A stretch of 54,338 bases of DNA from a virus (Duplodnaviria > Caudoviricetes), in the IMG/VR virus record IMGVR_UViG_3300017963_000063, positions 1 to 54,338 of that record; one strand, 5' to 3'. Position numbers and translations under genes: made by a program. The notes below the pieces were generated by a model. That model saw only the letters and a list, made by a program, of their open reading frames with translations. It had not been told where the DNA came from and searched no databases. Positions 9,682 through 19,623 of this stretch are shown piece after piece (the stretch's first letter is position 1; every line of letters begins with the position of its first letter).

Positions 9682-10725
9682 GTGTCAGACAACCCGGCCC
9701 AAGAGGGCCAGAAGAAACCGGACGCCAAGCAGGCCGAAGGGAAGCCGCCCAAGCCGGATGGCGAGCAGAAACAAACCATTGTCGAGGCCCTGGCGGCAAG
9801 CGACCCGCCGCCAACGGCAGCACTGGACCCCAGCAAGGTCGTCGAGTGGTCGGGAGCGGACGGTAAGAAACGGCGGCTGGCCATCCGCGAGCTTATGGAG
9901 AGCGCCGAGGTGGCGGAGGCCGCGCCGGTTTGGATAAGCGACAAGTCCGCGGTCGAGAAGTACACGCTGATGGACCAGGCCCTACAGGGTGATGCCGGGG
10001 CGGCCTCCAAACTGCTGGAGAAGTACCCCGAGGTCATGGGCGCCGGGAAGCAACCAGCCCAACCGACAGTCGAGCACGTCCCTGTGGATCAGTTCATGGC
10101 CCTGCAAGACAAGCTAAACGCGATGGAACAACAGCTTCAGCAGATGGCTGGCACTGTCGGAGACGTGGAATCCGCAAGGACGAAACAGTCCTACCAGTAC
10201 ATGATCCAGGCCCACAAGGACAAACTGCCGTACTTGGCGGCACACCCCAAGGCCGCCGACCTCGCCATCAACAAGCTGAACGAGCTGCGACAGCAAGGGG
10301 TGGACTTCTCCCAAGTGCAGCAACCCGGCGCTGCCATCGGCATGATCCTCCAGACTGTCGAGAATGAACTTGCCGCTACAGTCCAGCTTTATGGCGGGGC
10401 GGTGCCCCCGGGGCAGGCGCCGGCACCGGGCGGAACCCAGACCGTGGTTATGGACGACCAGCAAGCCGCTGGCCAGGGAAGAAAGCGGTCGGTGCTGGAC
10501 CTATCGGGCTTCGGGAAAACAACCGACGCGGCCGGCGTACCGCTCGCCCAGCCGCCACTACAGCCCGCTGGCACGATTCCGAACCAGCCCGTAGAGTCCG
10601 TGCCCGCCGGATCAGGGGCCGTGGGGGGCATTCAGCAGCAGCCAGCGGACCTGAAAACGCGGGAAGGCGGACTGGCCCGCATGCGCGAGCGGCTGGCACA
10701 ACTCCGGGCAGCAGAAGGAGTCTAG
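9682..10725 (+). CDS. putative capsid scaffolding protein
   Basis: Q/P/A-rich coiled coil between portal and capsid. Confidence 0.65.
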   Translation: MSDNPAQEGQKKPDAKQAEGKPPKPDGEQKQTIVEALAASDPPPTAALDPSKVVEWSGADGKKRRLAIRELMESAEVAEAAPVWISDKSAVEKYTLMDQALQGDAGAASKLLEKYPEVMGAGKQPAQPTVEHVPVDQFMALQDKLNAMEQQLQQMAGTVGDVESARTKQSYQYMIQAHKDKLPYLAAHPKAADLAINKLNELRQQGVDFSQVQQPGAAIGMILQTVENELAATVQLYGGAVPPGQAPAPGGTQTVVMDDQQAAGQGRKRSVLDLSGFGKTTDAAGVPLAQPPLQPAGTIPNQPVESVPAGSGAVGGIQQQPADLKTREGGLARMRERLAQLRAAEGV

Positions 10726-10726
10726 G

Positions 10727-11065
10727 ATGTCAGGAAACAACAAGTCGCCGAAAACCATGGCATTCGACCCCATGAAGGCGGAGTTGGCGCCGAACACCGT
10801 TCTGGTCGAGAAGCTGCCCAAGGACCTTATGACAAAGGGCGGGCTTCACCTACCGGAAAACGTGGCCGAGGAACAATTTATCGGCAGGGTCTTGAAATGC
10901 AACGGGGATCGGGAGTATAAGCGGGGCGGGTACGTTCTGTTCCGCCAGGGCTCTGGGGTGGACATACAGGTCCAGGACCGAGACGACCTTGTGGCCCTGA
11001 ACTGGAAGGGCGATTTAGCCGACGAAGTGGTACTGTATTGGCCACCGGGTTCGGTTGACGTATAG
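10727..11065 (+). CDS. groES: GroES/Cpn10-like co-chaperonin
   Basis: VLVEK...TKGGLHLPEN mobile loop, GRVL, G.YVLF..GSG. Confidence 0.8.
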   Translation: MSGNNKSPKTMAFDPMKAELAPNTVLVEKLPKDLMTKGGLHLPENVAEEQFIGRVLKCNGDREYKRGGYVLFRQGSGVDIQVQDRDDLVALNWKGDLADEVVLYWPPGSVDV

Positions 11066-11070
11066 AATTC

Positions 11071-11175
11071 CACGGCGGCCAAGCGGACGCCACGACATAA
11101 CGGCCAAGTGGCCGATCTGAGGATCGTTCCACGACAGCCTTGCAGGCCAAGGCGCTTACAGGCAGTCGCGTAAGC
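11071..11175 (+). promoter_or_regulatory. multi-hairpin leader of the major capsid gene
   Basis: Five consecutive short stem-loops before the AAGGAG RBS. Confidence 0.45.
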
Positions 11176-11194
11176 AACTTGTAAGGAGCCTGCA

Positions 11195-12679
11195 ATGGCT
11201 GATACTTTTGCGCAATTCGAGACGCTTTTGATCGAGAGCGTCGACGACATGGTCTACGACCGCGAACTGCGGGACGACGACATCTCCTGGCGCATACTCG
11301 ATACGATGGCCCCGATCCCTCGGGGTGGACGAGCCACCGACGGCGCAGGACAGTCAGATGCCAATACGCCTGAATTCGAGGCGTCCTGGCGTATGCGCGT
11401 CCAGCGTGCCGGCCTAATCACTGCTGGCCAGTTCGGTGAAGGCAACCTGACAATGATGGGCGCTGACGATCACCTGGCGATGGGCCAGGACGTTGGCCAA
11501 CTCTATCCCGACCCCACTAAGGCCGCGCTGCGATCGTGGATCACGGTCAAAACGCTGTTGAAAGTGGTCAAAGGCGTTTTGCCGATCAACGAGGACCAGA
11601 TCGACACGGACCTCATCGGCAACCCGATTGAAGAGGTGGCGATGGAGCATGTCGAAGACGTGCTCGGCCTGCTTCGCAAGTACATCTGCACGAACTTCTG
11701 GTCGGACGGCTCGGGGCTGGTCGCCCAGGTCAACAACTCGGCAGGCTACTCGGTTACGACCTCGCCGACCGAAGTGGCCATCGACGTGGGCACTCCGTTC
11801 CGCTTCGAGAAGGGCCAGCGGTACATTTTCGGCAGCAACGTGGCCCAAGCAAACTACGGCTCCTCGGCCAGGACGTATCGCACTGGTGCGACCTCCGGCA
11901 CGACTGGAATCGCTCGCTGCGTGGAGATCAACGAGAAAGACCGGACGGTCTACTTCGAGGCCGAGCCGGCTTCCGGCACGATCACGCTGACCGATAACGA
12001 TGCCATCGTGCAGCACGACACCGTGGTTACCACAGGGACTACGGTCACTGCCCAGTCACTGTGCCCTAACGGAGTTGAGTCGTTGCTGGTCGATTCGGGC
12101 GACTTCCCCGACACGAGCCACACGGTCACCGATTATGAGGCCCTGCGTGCCCAGATCGCCGGCGACGAGTCGGCGAAGGTTCCGCCGAACGCCGAGAACA
12201 TGGCGGTCCTGCTCGACCAGATGATGGCTGCCGGGATCACCCCGCCTCCGCTGTGGATTTCCGAGCAAAGCGTGCAGACCCTGTACGCTCAAGCCGAACG
12301 GCAGGGCGGCGCGGTCTACCCGGTCAACCAGGGCGCCCCCTACCAGGCTTCCGGCGGGATCAGTGGTGCGGTATTCCAGCACTACAACTACACCCCGGCG
12401 TGGCTGCTGTCTTCGTTGTGCCGTCCAGGCGCAATTCACGGTCTGGACCCGGCCGACTGGATGAAGTGGATGCCCATTGGCAAAGCGGTTCGCTGGAAGT
12501 TCAAGAGCGGGTCGATGGCCGGGGCGTCCAGCATCTTCCAGCCCGTCATGTCCGGTACGCAGGTCACCGGCTTGGCCCAGGCTCCGTTCAAGACCTTCGT
12601 GCAGTTTGGCGTCAAGACGCCGCGGGCTCAGTTCCGTCGTATCGGATTCCAGAACGCCCGCGACGTGGTTGGCACCTAG
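11195..12679 (+). CDS. major capsid protein with central beta insertion
   Basis: Position, strong RBS, FWSDGSG...NGVESLL pattern of HK97-fold capsids. Confidence 0.8.
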   Translation: MADTFAQFETLLIESVDDMVYDRELRDDDISWRILDTMAPIPRGGRATDGAGQSDANTPEFEASWRMRVQRAGLITAGQFGEGNLTMMGADDHLAMGQDVGQLYPDPTKAALRSWITVKTLLKVVKGVLPINEDQIDTDLIGNPIEEVAMEHVEDVLGLLRKYICTNFWSDGSGLVAQVNNSAGYSVTTSPTEVAIDVGTPFRFEKGQRYIFGSNVAQANYGSSARTYRTGATSGTTGIARCVEINEKDRTVYFEAEPASGTITLTDNDAIVQHDTVVTTGTTVTAQSLCPNGVESLLVDSGDFPDTSHTVTDYEALRAQIAGDESAKVPPNAENMAVLLDQMMAAGITPPPLWISEQSVQTLYAQAERQGGAVYPVNQGAPYQASGGISGAVFQHYNYTPAWLLSSLCRPGAIHGLDPADWMKWMPIGKAVRWKFKSGSMAGASSIFQPVMSGTQVTGLAQAPFKTFVQFGVKTPRAQFRRIGFQNARDVVGT

Positions 12680-12696
12680 AGAAGGAGTGACTGAAC

Positions 12697-13113
12697 ATGG
12701 CTGGAAATGCTAACGTACTGAAGTCCGCCTGGCCGCAAGGCGAAGATGGGATCATCCTGTTGGAGCTTGGTCCCTTTGAAGTCGAGGCGTCCAAGACAAA
12801 TTACGTTGTCGATGCGCTTCGTGTTCCGTATGCGTTCGAGCCGGTGTATGCGGAGGTGGCGTCCCATACGGTGACGGTCACCAACGGGATCACGTTGGAC
12901 GTGCTTGACAATGAATCGACTCCGCAGCAGATCGTGGAGGACCACACGCTGGCCGCCTCGACGGCTGGCTCAACGGCCAATGCGTCGATGACCATTGACG
13001 ACTTTGGCCCGGTCCTGGCGGACGCCGTGCTGTCGGTCAGATACACGTCAGGCGCCAGCGACACCTCCGTCAACACGAAGGTCCGGCTCTGGGTCCGCCC
13101 GGTGCATAAGTAA
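12697..13113 (+). CDS. putative capsid decoration/structural protein
   Basis: Follows the MCP; beta-rich; AAGGAG RBS. Confidence 0.55.
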   Translation: MAGNANVLKSAWPQGEDGIILLELGPFEVEASKTNYVVDALRVPYAFEPVYAEVASHTVTVTNGITLDVLDNESTPQQIVEDHTLAASTAGSTANASMTIDDFGPVLADAVLSVRYTSGASDTSVNTKVRLWVRPVHK

Positions 13114-13123
13114 GGAGCGGCCG

Positions 13124-13510
13124 ATGAAAACCAAACTCGTAACAGGTATCGCAACGGTCGCCACTCCAGGCACCGCCGTACAGCTAACGTCCACCGCACA
13201 CCGGGCAATTTCCGTGCATCTGGAGGGCGACGGTAGCCACATTTCCGTTGTCGGAGACTCCAGCGTGGTGTACGGCACCGGGAACGCCTGGGCACAAGGG
13301 ACCTCTCGCGGCATCGCGGTCTCAGATGGTTCGGGCAACTCTGGAGAAGTGGCAGCAACGGATGTTACTGCTGCTGGGGCGCAGGATGTCGGGCGGCAAT
13401 TCTACGGCGGCACTCCGACGATGGACCTATCGGCGATTTACTTGGACGGCAACAACGGCTCTGGTTCGGGGACTTCAGTAACCTGGACCGCTTTGGTAAT
13501 GGAGGGCTAA
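13124..13510 (+). CDS. structural protein; domain shared with the C-terminus of 28408-29250
   Basis: VATPGTAVQL..VGDSS..DLSAIYLDG vs VAAGPTATAL..VGDSS..NLNLIYING. Confidence 0.6.
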   Translation: MKTKLVTGIATVATPGTAVQLTSTAHRAISVHLEGDGSHISVVGDSSVVYGTGNAWAQGTSRGIAVSDGSGNSGEVAATDVTAAGAQDVGRQFYGGTPTMDLSAIYLDGNNGSGSGTSVTWTALVMEG

Positions 13511-13511
13511 T

Positions 13512-14105
13512 ATGGCTGTCACGCCGGGAGTGAGTAAGTCCACCCCAGGCAGCCAGTCGGTTGCCGTCGATGTGGACACCATTGGAGACGTGCTGTACGG
13601 CACTACCGGGATCACGTCTTGGGCTGCCGGGGCCGCCCCTGCCAACGGAGTATCAATGTCGGAGGCGCTTCGGTATATCAGTGAGGATCAGAGCCTGCGT
13701 ATTGCCAACAAGGCGGCGGCCTCTTTGCCGCAATCCACGGCAGGAGCGCTGTTCACCATTGCCAGCGGTAACATCCTCGTGGTGTCGCTGGTCGGCGAGG
13801 TGACTACGGTGATCCAAACGCAGGCCAACGCAACCAAGCTCACATTCAACCCGACCGGAACTGGGGCGAGTACCGATCTGTGTACGTCGCTTGACATCAC
13901 CGCCGATGCAGTTGGCACGTTCTACTCGCTTACCGGAGTTGCGGCCGACGCACTGCAAGATGGCGTGTGGATGGTCCCCAAAATGGCCCAAGAGTTGATT
14001 CTGGGGCCGGGTACTATCGACCTTGATTGTGCCGCATCTAATACCGGCGCAGTCGAGTGGCATTTGCTGTACCGCAAAATCGACGCTTCGGCGGCGGTGA
14101 GCTAA
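13512..14105 (+). CDS. structural protein, paralogue of the next gene
   Basis: Shares QANATKLTFNPTG.GASTDLC and GTIDLDCAASNTG. Confidence 0.7.
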   Translation: MAVTPGVSKSTPGSQSVAVDVDTIGDVLYGTTGITSWAAGAAPANGVSMSEALRYISEDQSLRIANKAAASLPQSTAGALFTIASGNILVVSLVGEVTTVIQTQANATKLTFNPTGTGASTDLCTSLDITADAVGTFYSLTGVAADALQDGVWMVPKMAQELILGPGTIDLDCAASNTGAVEWHLLYRKIDASAAVS

Positions 14106-14115
14106 GGAGGCTGAC

Positions 14116-14673
14116 ATGGGAAGTTGGAACGACGTTGGTAGTCCTAACGCGACCACAACTGACAGCCTGCACGGCAAAATGGGCACCGATGCCGAGATGG
14201 GGGACACCAGCCTGTATGACATGCTCATCGCGGGCCTGCCGCAACAGGCGTCCAGGGCAACGGATACGCTGCCACAGACTACGGCAGAGGCGCTGTTCAC
14301 TATCACCGGCACCATCGAGTTGCTGGCCATCGTCGGAGAAGTGACCACTGCCATTCAGAATCAGGCGAACGCGACCAAGCTGACCTTCAATCCGACTGGA
14401 GCGGGGGCCAGTACCGACCTTTGCGCTGCGCTGGACATCGACAACGACGCCGCCGGAGTGCTATACACTATCAGCGGCGATTTCAGCGATGCAATGCTGG
14501 AAGGTGTCTGGTGTGCCGAGCGCACATCAACGGCCAACACGTCTAAAGGCGTCATACTTGGCGCCGGGACGATTGACCTTGATTGCGCGGCGAGCAACAC
14601 CGGCAACATTCAGTGGTTCGTGTTGTGGCGGCCGATTGAAAGCGGCTCAACTGTAACTGCGACCGCGGTGTAG
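14116..14673 (+). CDS. structural protein, paralogue of the previous gene
   Basis: Same shared blocks; AAGGAGG RBS. Confidence 0.7.
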   Translation: MGSWNDVGSPNATTTDSLHGKMGTDAEMGDTSLYDMLIAGLPQQASRATDTLPQTTAEALFTITGTIELLAIVGEVTTAIQNQANATKLTFNPTGAGASTDLCAALDIDNDAAGVLYTISGDFSDAMLEGVWCAERTSTANTSKGVILGAGTIDLDCAASNTGNIQWFVLWRPIESGSTVTATAV

Positions 14674-14674
14674 T

Positions 14675-15205
14675 GTGGCGAAAAGGCCGGTCAGAACGTC
14701 AATGCTCGGGCAGGCGGTCATGCCTGCTCGGGCAGATTGGAACAAGATGGGGCCGTCAATGCCCCTATGGTTCAGGGACGCCCTTCGGCAAGTCGATCCC
14801 AAGCTGGTTTTGCAGTTCATTCCTCCAGCTCACGAGATAGGGCCGGAAGGCGTCCATCCCTGGATGTTCCCGGCCGGCGTGTGGATGGTCTGCCGGAAGA
14901 TGCCGCGCACCGGCTGGCTACATGCCAGGGCAGTAATGATGCTGTACAATCAGACAACCGGGTTGCCCCGAAAGCCGACCGTGCAGGACGTGAACACCAT
15001 CCGACAGTATCGGGACGCATGGCGAAAGAACGGCCTCGACGACCTGGACGAGAAGTTTGACCGTACCTGCAAGGCTTTGATGCGGGCCAAGGATGCCAAA
15101 ACACGCGACCGGGCCTTGACAGGTATCGCGAACTGCATGCGCAAGCACAATATGACCCAGTATGGCGGAAGGAGGATTAGCGTTCCAGCCATGCCCGGCA
15201 AGTAG
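14675..15205 (+). CDS. hypothetical basic protein
   Basis: Fills the operon gap in the same orientation. Confidence 0.55.
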   Translation: MAKRPVRTSMLGQAVMPARADWNKMGPSMPLWFRDALRQVDPKLVLQFIPPAHEIGPEGVHPWMFPAGVWMVCRKMPRTGWLHARAVMMLYNQTTGLPRKPTVQDVNTIRQYRDAWRKNGLDDLDEKFDRTCKALMRAKDAKTRDRALTGIANCMRKHNMTQYGGRRISVPAMPGK

Positions 15206-15214
15206 GAGGCGGCC

Positions 15215-16288
15215 ATGGCCGAAATAGAAACCCCTAAGAAGTTCCCCGGCTGCGTAGCCGATATCGGCCAGATAGACCCAGGGGGCGGAAGTCCGCCAGT
15301 TCCGCCCCCTGGCGAGCGAGCAATACCGTCGCTGTCGCTGACGGTGTTTATTTCGTCAGCCCCGGACCCGGAGGACGGGCCTATGAAGTCGTTTTTGCAA
15401 TTGTTCTACGAGCAAATCGACGATTTCCTGGGCGACCCAAAGCTCGTTAAGCGTCTACCGCACGCCAAACGCTACGAGATGCTGCGTGTGGCCGAAACGC
15501 AAATCTGGGAAAAGCTGGTCCGCACCGTGGGGCACAACGGATCGCTCGGCCGGGCCGAGGCAACTATCACCCTTCAAGATGACGTGCGGTACTACCGACT
15601 TCCGGGCAACTTCCGCAAGTTCATTGAGTTCGTCCATCGCAACAACGGCGATCCCAACGAAATAATCAACCGGCTGCGCACCATCCCTATGAGCAGCCCC
15701 GGGCCAGGGATAGAGCTGCTGAACGCGAACCGCGGCATGGTCATTAGGCCGAACCCGGTCCTTCCCGGCGACGAAGACTGGACGCTGGTGTACGAAAAGG
15801 GGCCGGTGCTCACGCACTACGCGCAGGCCGAGGCAATCGGAGATCAGCACATCAAGTTCGGCACGCCTGGAGATGACGCCGGCGAACTGATCCTTAACGA
15901 CGACTACTACAATGGCTCGATGGTTGAGGTCTACGAAGCCGAAACCGGCAACCTCCAAACCATCGAAATCGAGGATTTCGTCTCCGACTCCAAGACGGCG
16001 TATTTGCGGTTCCCGTGGTCGCCAAAGCCGACTGGCGAAACGATCATGTACCAGATTCGCCCCGTGCTGCCCGAGAACTACTCCAACATCTACGCCCTTC
16101 GGGTCGCGGCATTGTACGCCCGGTCGCAAGGGTTCCCCATAAAGGCCCGGTCGCTGGACTCTGAGTTCAACGCCCAGTTTGCGGCCTGCGCGGCGTACTT
16201 CGCAAGCCAGACGTTCGACCGCGCGCCGAGCCGACACGAGCCTACGCCTTCGACGATGCAGGCAGTGGACATTTATGAGGACTGGTAG
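15215..16288 (+). CDS. putative head-tail adaptor
   Basis: ITLQDDVRYYRLPGNF and LPENYSNIYALRVA patterns of podovirus adaptors; position. Confidence 0.6.
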   Translation: MAEIETPKKFPGCVADIGQIDPGGGSPPVPPPGERAIPSLSLTVFISSAPDPEDGPMKSFLQLFYEQIDDFLGDPKLVKRLPHAKRYEMLRVAETQIWEKLVRTVGHNGSLGRAEATITLQDDVRYYRLPGNFRKFIEFVHRNNGDPNEIINRLRTIPMSSPGPGIELLNANRGMVIRPNPVLPGDEDWTLVYEKGPVLTHYAQAEAIGDQHIKFGTPGDDAGELILNDDYYNGSMVEVYEAETGNLQTIEIEDFVSDSKTAYLRFPWSPKPTGETIMYQIRPVLPENYSNIYALRVAALYARSQGFPIKARSLDSEFNAQFAACAAYFASQTFDRAPSRHEPTPSTMQAVDIYEDW

Positions 16289-16293
16289 TCGCC

Positions 16294-19200
16294 ATGCCTG
16301 TTACCCGCAAACGCTCTGAAGGTGACGATGCGGTCGTAGACTACGACATTTCCGTCCACGACGCCGACCTGAACGTGACCCTAGAGCGATGGGCTCTGGC
16401 CGAGCCGCAGGCATCCGTAGTGTTGGGGCGCGATGTAACTGTGCTGGGAACCATGCGGCCCGATCGCGGCCGTCGGCCTATCGGCGTTGCGCCTGTCAGC
16501 GATGCCATCTGTTGGGCGGAGGAAAGCACCTTTAGCGGCCGGGCCTCGCGAGTGTTGATGGACCGCTGGCGCGATCCACGCCCGGACTGGGCTTCGGCCG
16601 ACGGGGAAGTGTCAAGCGCTGCGTATACCGTGGCCAACAACCGGATCACCAAAGTTGCGGGGTTTGGTCAATACAATTCAACCCGCGGGCGCAACGGTGA
16701 CAGATTCGTCGTGCATTTGCCCAAGGAGCGACGCGGGGCATACGCCATACAGACTGACGACATCGACCCGGACTACATCGTCGTAGATACCGGCTGGGAA
16801 GAGGACGTGTCAGGCATTAGCGGCTGGATCGAACGGCAGGCCGGTTATGCCAGCCCGACATGGGACCTAGCTGACGACGATTTGACTACGCGAGACGACA
16901 ACACGTTTTTGATGAAGTCGCCGATGGAGTACGAAGCTACTGGCCCCTGGCCGTCTAGCGCAGTTGGCGGCCTTCTGACGCTCAATGCGGACAACCGAGT
17001 GCAGGAGTCGTCGTGGGCACTAGTGGAAAGCCGCTATTCGACTGTCAATGCGAACGACACGTTGATTCTATCGGCAGCGCTGGTCTACGCCAACACCCTG
17101 ACCTCTGAAGACAAGTTTCAGCTGGCGTACACGCAGTTTTACGACAAGCGTGGAATCTGGATGGGGGACGGGCGGCGCTTTTGGCTGCTACAGAACGGGG
17201 TGTACTACCTTTACATAGACCTGGGCAGTGACGACCTTCTGGGGCTCAGGTGGTCTCACCACCAGATTTCTCCGAACCTCATCATGTTTGTGAATCCGTC
17301 CCAGCCTGGCCGGGTTCTGCGGCTTGACGCCTCGCCACTAGCGGATGGGGAAGTGAGCGGCGACGAGACTTTGTGCGGCATGATCCCGCCGGTCAAGCCG
17401 GGCACCAAGAACGACCCGCAGACGCAAGACCGCGAATGGTTGATGGCCATCGTGGCGGCCGGTGGGTCCGTGCCCGATGGCACGTACAGCGTGCAGGTCC
17501 GGGCGGTCAATTACACGGACTTCGGGGAATCGCAGTTTGTCAGCGTCTACAGAGATACTGACACAGAGAGAGAAGAAACCACTATTACTGCGACCGGCGG
17601 CGGTACGGATGCAATAGCCGTCTACAACTATCCGGCCGAGTCACTGTCCAACCAACCGCTTGCCGGACCGCCTCAACACAGGCGCTGGACTCACATGGAG
17701 GTCTGGCGGGCCGATGACGCCGACGGCGTGTACTACCTGGAGGCCGCCATTGATCTTCCGCGTGTCGGCCAGGGTTTAGGCTGCGAAGATGTGCTTGACT
17801 ACGCAGGCAATGGAGCAGGCGTAAATGCTACTGGCGGTTCGCATTTGGTTCAAAAGACGCCCACCAACACGACAAGCGGGTATCCGTGCATTCTGTCTGC
17901 CGAGGAGTTGCAAGGGCGCACGGCACGCACAGAGTCCGATGTGCTGGCTGGCGGGCTTCCGCCGGTGTGCCAGAAGGTGGCATCAATACAGGGCATCACC
18001 GTGTGCGCGGGGCGCGCCACCGAAGACGTGTCGCCCGGCATTGCCGAAAGTCGCCAGCACTTCATGTATACCAACAGTACACAGTACACTCCCAGCGCTA
18101 CCGAGAATTCGTCCTTGCTGGACTGGCTGACCGATGACGCTGGTGGCGTCGGCCAGGCTTATGCGTTCCAAAAGGGTGACATCGTTGAAATCGTCGAGGG
18201 CGGGCAGCTACCGGCAGGCAGTGGCCCCGGCGCGATCGCGCCGGGCTCTAGGGCGACAGTTCATGCCGAAATGGCGGGGAGTAACCAAGTCACATTAAAA
18301 GGGACATACCCGCTGGGCGAAGTGTCGTTTTCGCACGCTCGCTACTGCCTGGTTCGCCAATATGACATTAACTATTCGACGGTGCAGGCAGATCACGAGG
18401 TGTCCTATAGCCGAACGGACAAGTTTGCGCCGGAGTCGTTTCCGGCTCGCGTGCTTAGCATGGACGCCCGCGGCGACACGTTTAAGAACATGGTGCTGGT
18501 CGGCAACTACGCTGTCGTCATTATGGAGCAAGGCGTCTACCTGGTTTTTGTGAGCGGTTCCGCCCTTGACCACGAGGTCATTAGCGACGTGGGCGACGGC
18601 ACGCCGTGGGGCGATTCCGTAGCCACGCTTCCAAACTCTGTGGTGTGGGCTACCTCTCGCGGACCGCGCATTTTGACCGTCAACAAGGAGCCGAACGACG
18701 TTGGCCAGCGCGGCCAGCTGTCCTACCTGGACTCAGCCGGACGGATGGATGACTGGTTCCGCGAGGCTGCCGAGAATGGCTACGACATTGACACCGGGGT
18801 CGACACTGCGAACCACTGCGTGAGGTTCCGCCGCAAGATCAGCGACAACGAGTTTCAGGTGGCCCAGTACAGCTATCGGTATGATCGCTGGACGCTGCTC
18901 GACGACGACAATGGCGTGGCCTACGTCCGCAGCGTAAATGCAACCGGCGAGGAGGGCGGGCTGCCTCGGCTCTACAGCGTAACCAAGGAAGGAAGCGTGT
19001 TCCTGGTCAATGCCGATGGCGATGAGTGGCCGTACACGGCAGACCAGTGCAGTGGCCAACTCAGCAGTCTTGACAAATGCGGGCCTGGGTTCATGCAGTC
19101 GGCGGGACGGTTCACGCCGGACATGCTTGGTGACGTGATTCGCTTTTACGGCCCGGACGGCAGCGATGAGGCGCGGATAATTCGGTCGGCAACCGTAGAC

Positions 19201-19623
19201 CGGCTGGAGTTTGACGACGTTGACGGATTGTGCGAGTTGTCGATTTACACCGTCGGGGCTACGCGATTCAAGATCAGATTCGCTCCGTACATCGGCCCAT
19301 CCCGCAACGAGCTGAAGATACTAAGGGGTGTCTCGGCACGGATCGTCCCAGGGGACCGGGAGAACGCCGGGTATCCCACCATCGCAATCGGGGTTTACGA
19401 GGACTTCAACGACCCTGTAACCGAGGAGCCAGTGCAGGTATTCCGGGACGACCAGGAAGAGTTCACCACATCCGGCCGGATTGTGGACTTGGAGGCTGGC
19501 GGGCATGCGCTGGAATTAGGCATCGAAAACTTCGCCCCTCGGGTAGATTTTCGGGTACAATCGCTGGTAGCTACGATTATCGACCGTGGCACCGAGCAGA
19601 TAGACGCAGCGGAGGACGAGTGA
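16294..19623 (+). CDS. putative tail nozzle/stabilisation (tubular B-like) protein
   Basis: 1109 aa, beta-propeller-like, VSYSRTD..PESFP motif; follows the adaptor. Confidence 0.6.
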   Translation: MPVTRKRSEGDDAVVDYDISVHDADLNVTLERWALAEPQASVVLGRDVTVLGTMRPDRGRRPIGVAPVSDAICWAEESTFSGRASRVLMDRWRDPRPDWASADGEVSSAAYTVANNRITKVAGFGQYNSTRGRNGDRFVVHLPKERRGAYAIQTDDIDPDYIVVDTGWEEDVSGISGWIERQAGYASPTWDLADDDLTTRDDNTFLMKSPMEYEATGPWPSSAVGGLLTLNADNRVQESSWALVESRYSTVNANDTLILSAALVYANTLTSEDKFQLAYTQFYDKRGIWMGDGRRFWLLQNGVYYLYIDLGSDDLLGLRWSHHQISPNLIMFVNPSQPGRVLRLDASPLADGEVSGDETLCGMIPPVKPGTKNDPQTQDREWLMAIVAAGGSVPDGTYSVQVRAVNYTDFGESQFVSVYRDTDTEREETTITATGGGTDAIAVYNYPAESLSNQPLAGPPQHRRWTHMEVWRADDADGVYYLEAAIDLPRVGQGLGCEDVLDYAGNGAGVNATGGSHLVQKTPTNTTSGYPCILSAEELQGRTARTESDVLAGGLPPVCQKVASIQGITVCAGRATEDVSPGIAESRQHFMYTNSTQYTPSATENSSLLDWLTDDAGGVGQAYAFQKGDIVEIVEGGQLPAGSGPGAIAPGSRATVHAEMAGSNQVTLKGTYPLGEVSFSHARYCLVRQYDINYSTVQADHEVSYSRTDKFAPESFPARVLSMDARGDTFKNMVLVGNYAVVIMEQGVYLVFVSGSALDHEVISDVGDGTPWGDSVATLPNSVVWATSRGPRILTVNKEPNDVGQRGQLSYLDSAGRMDDWFREAAENGYDIDTGVDTANHCVRFRRKISDNEFQVAQYSYRYDRWTLLDDDNGVAYVRSVNATGEEGGLPRLYSVTKEGSVFLVNADGDEWPYTADQCSGQLSSLDKCGPGFMQSAGRFTPDMLGDVIRFYGPDGSDEARIIRSATVDRLEFDDVDGLCELSIYTVGATRFKIRFAPYIGPSRNELKILRGVSARIVPGDRENAGYPTIAIGVYEDFNDPVTEEPVQVFRDDQEEFTTSGRIVDLEAGGHALELGIENFAPRVDFRVQSLVATIIDRGTEQIDAAEDE

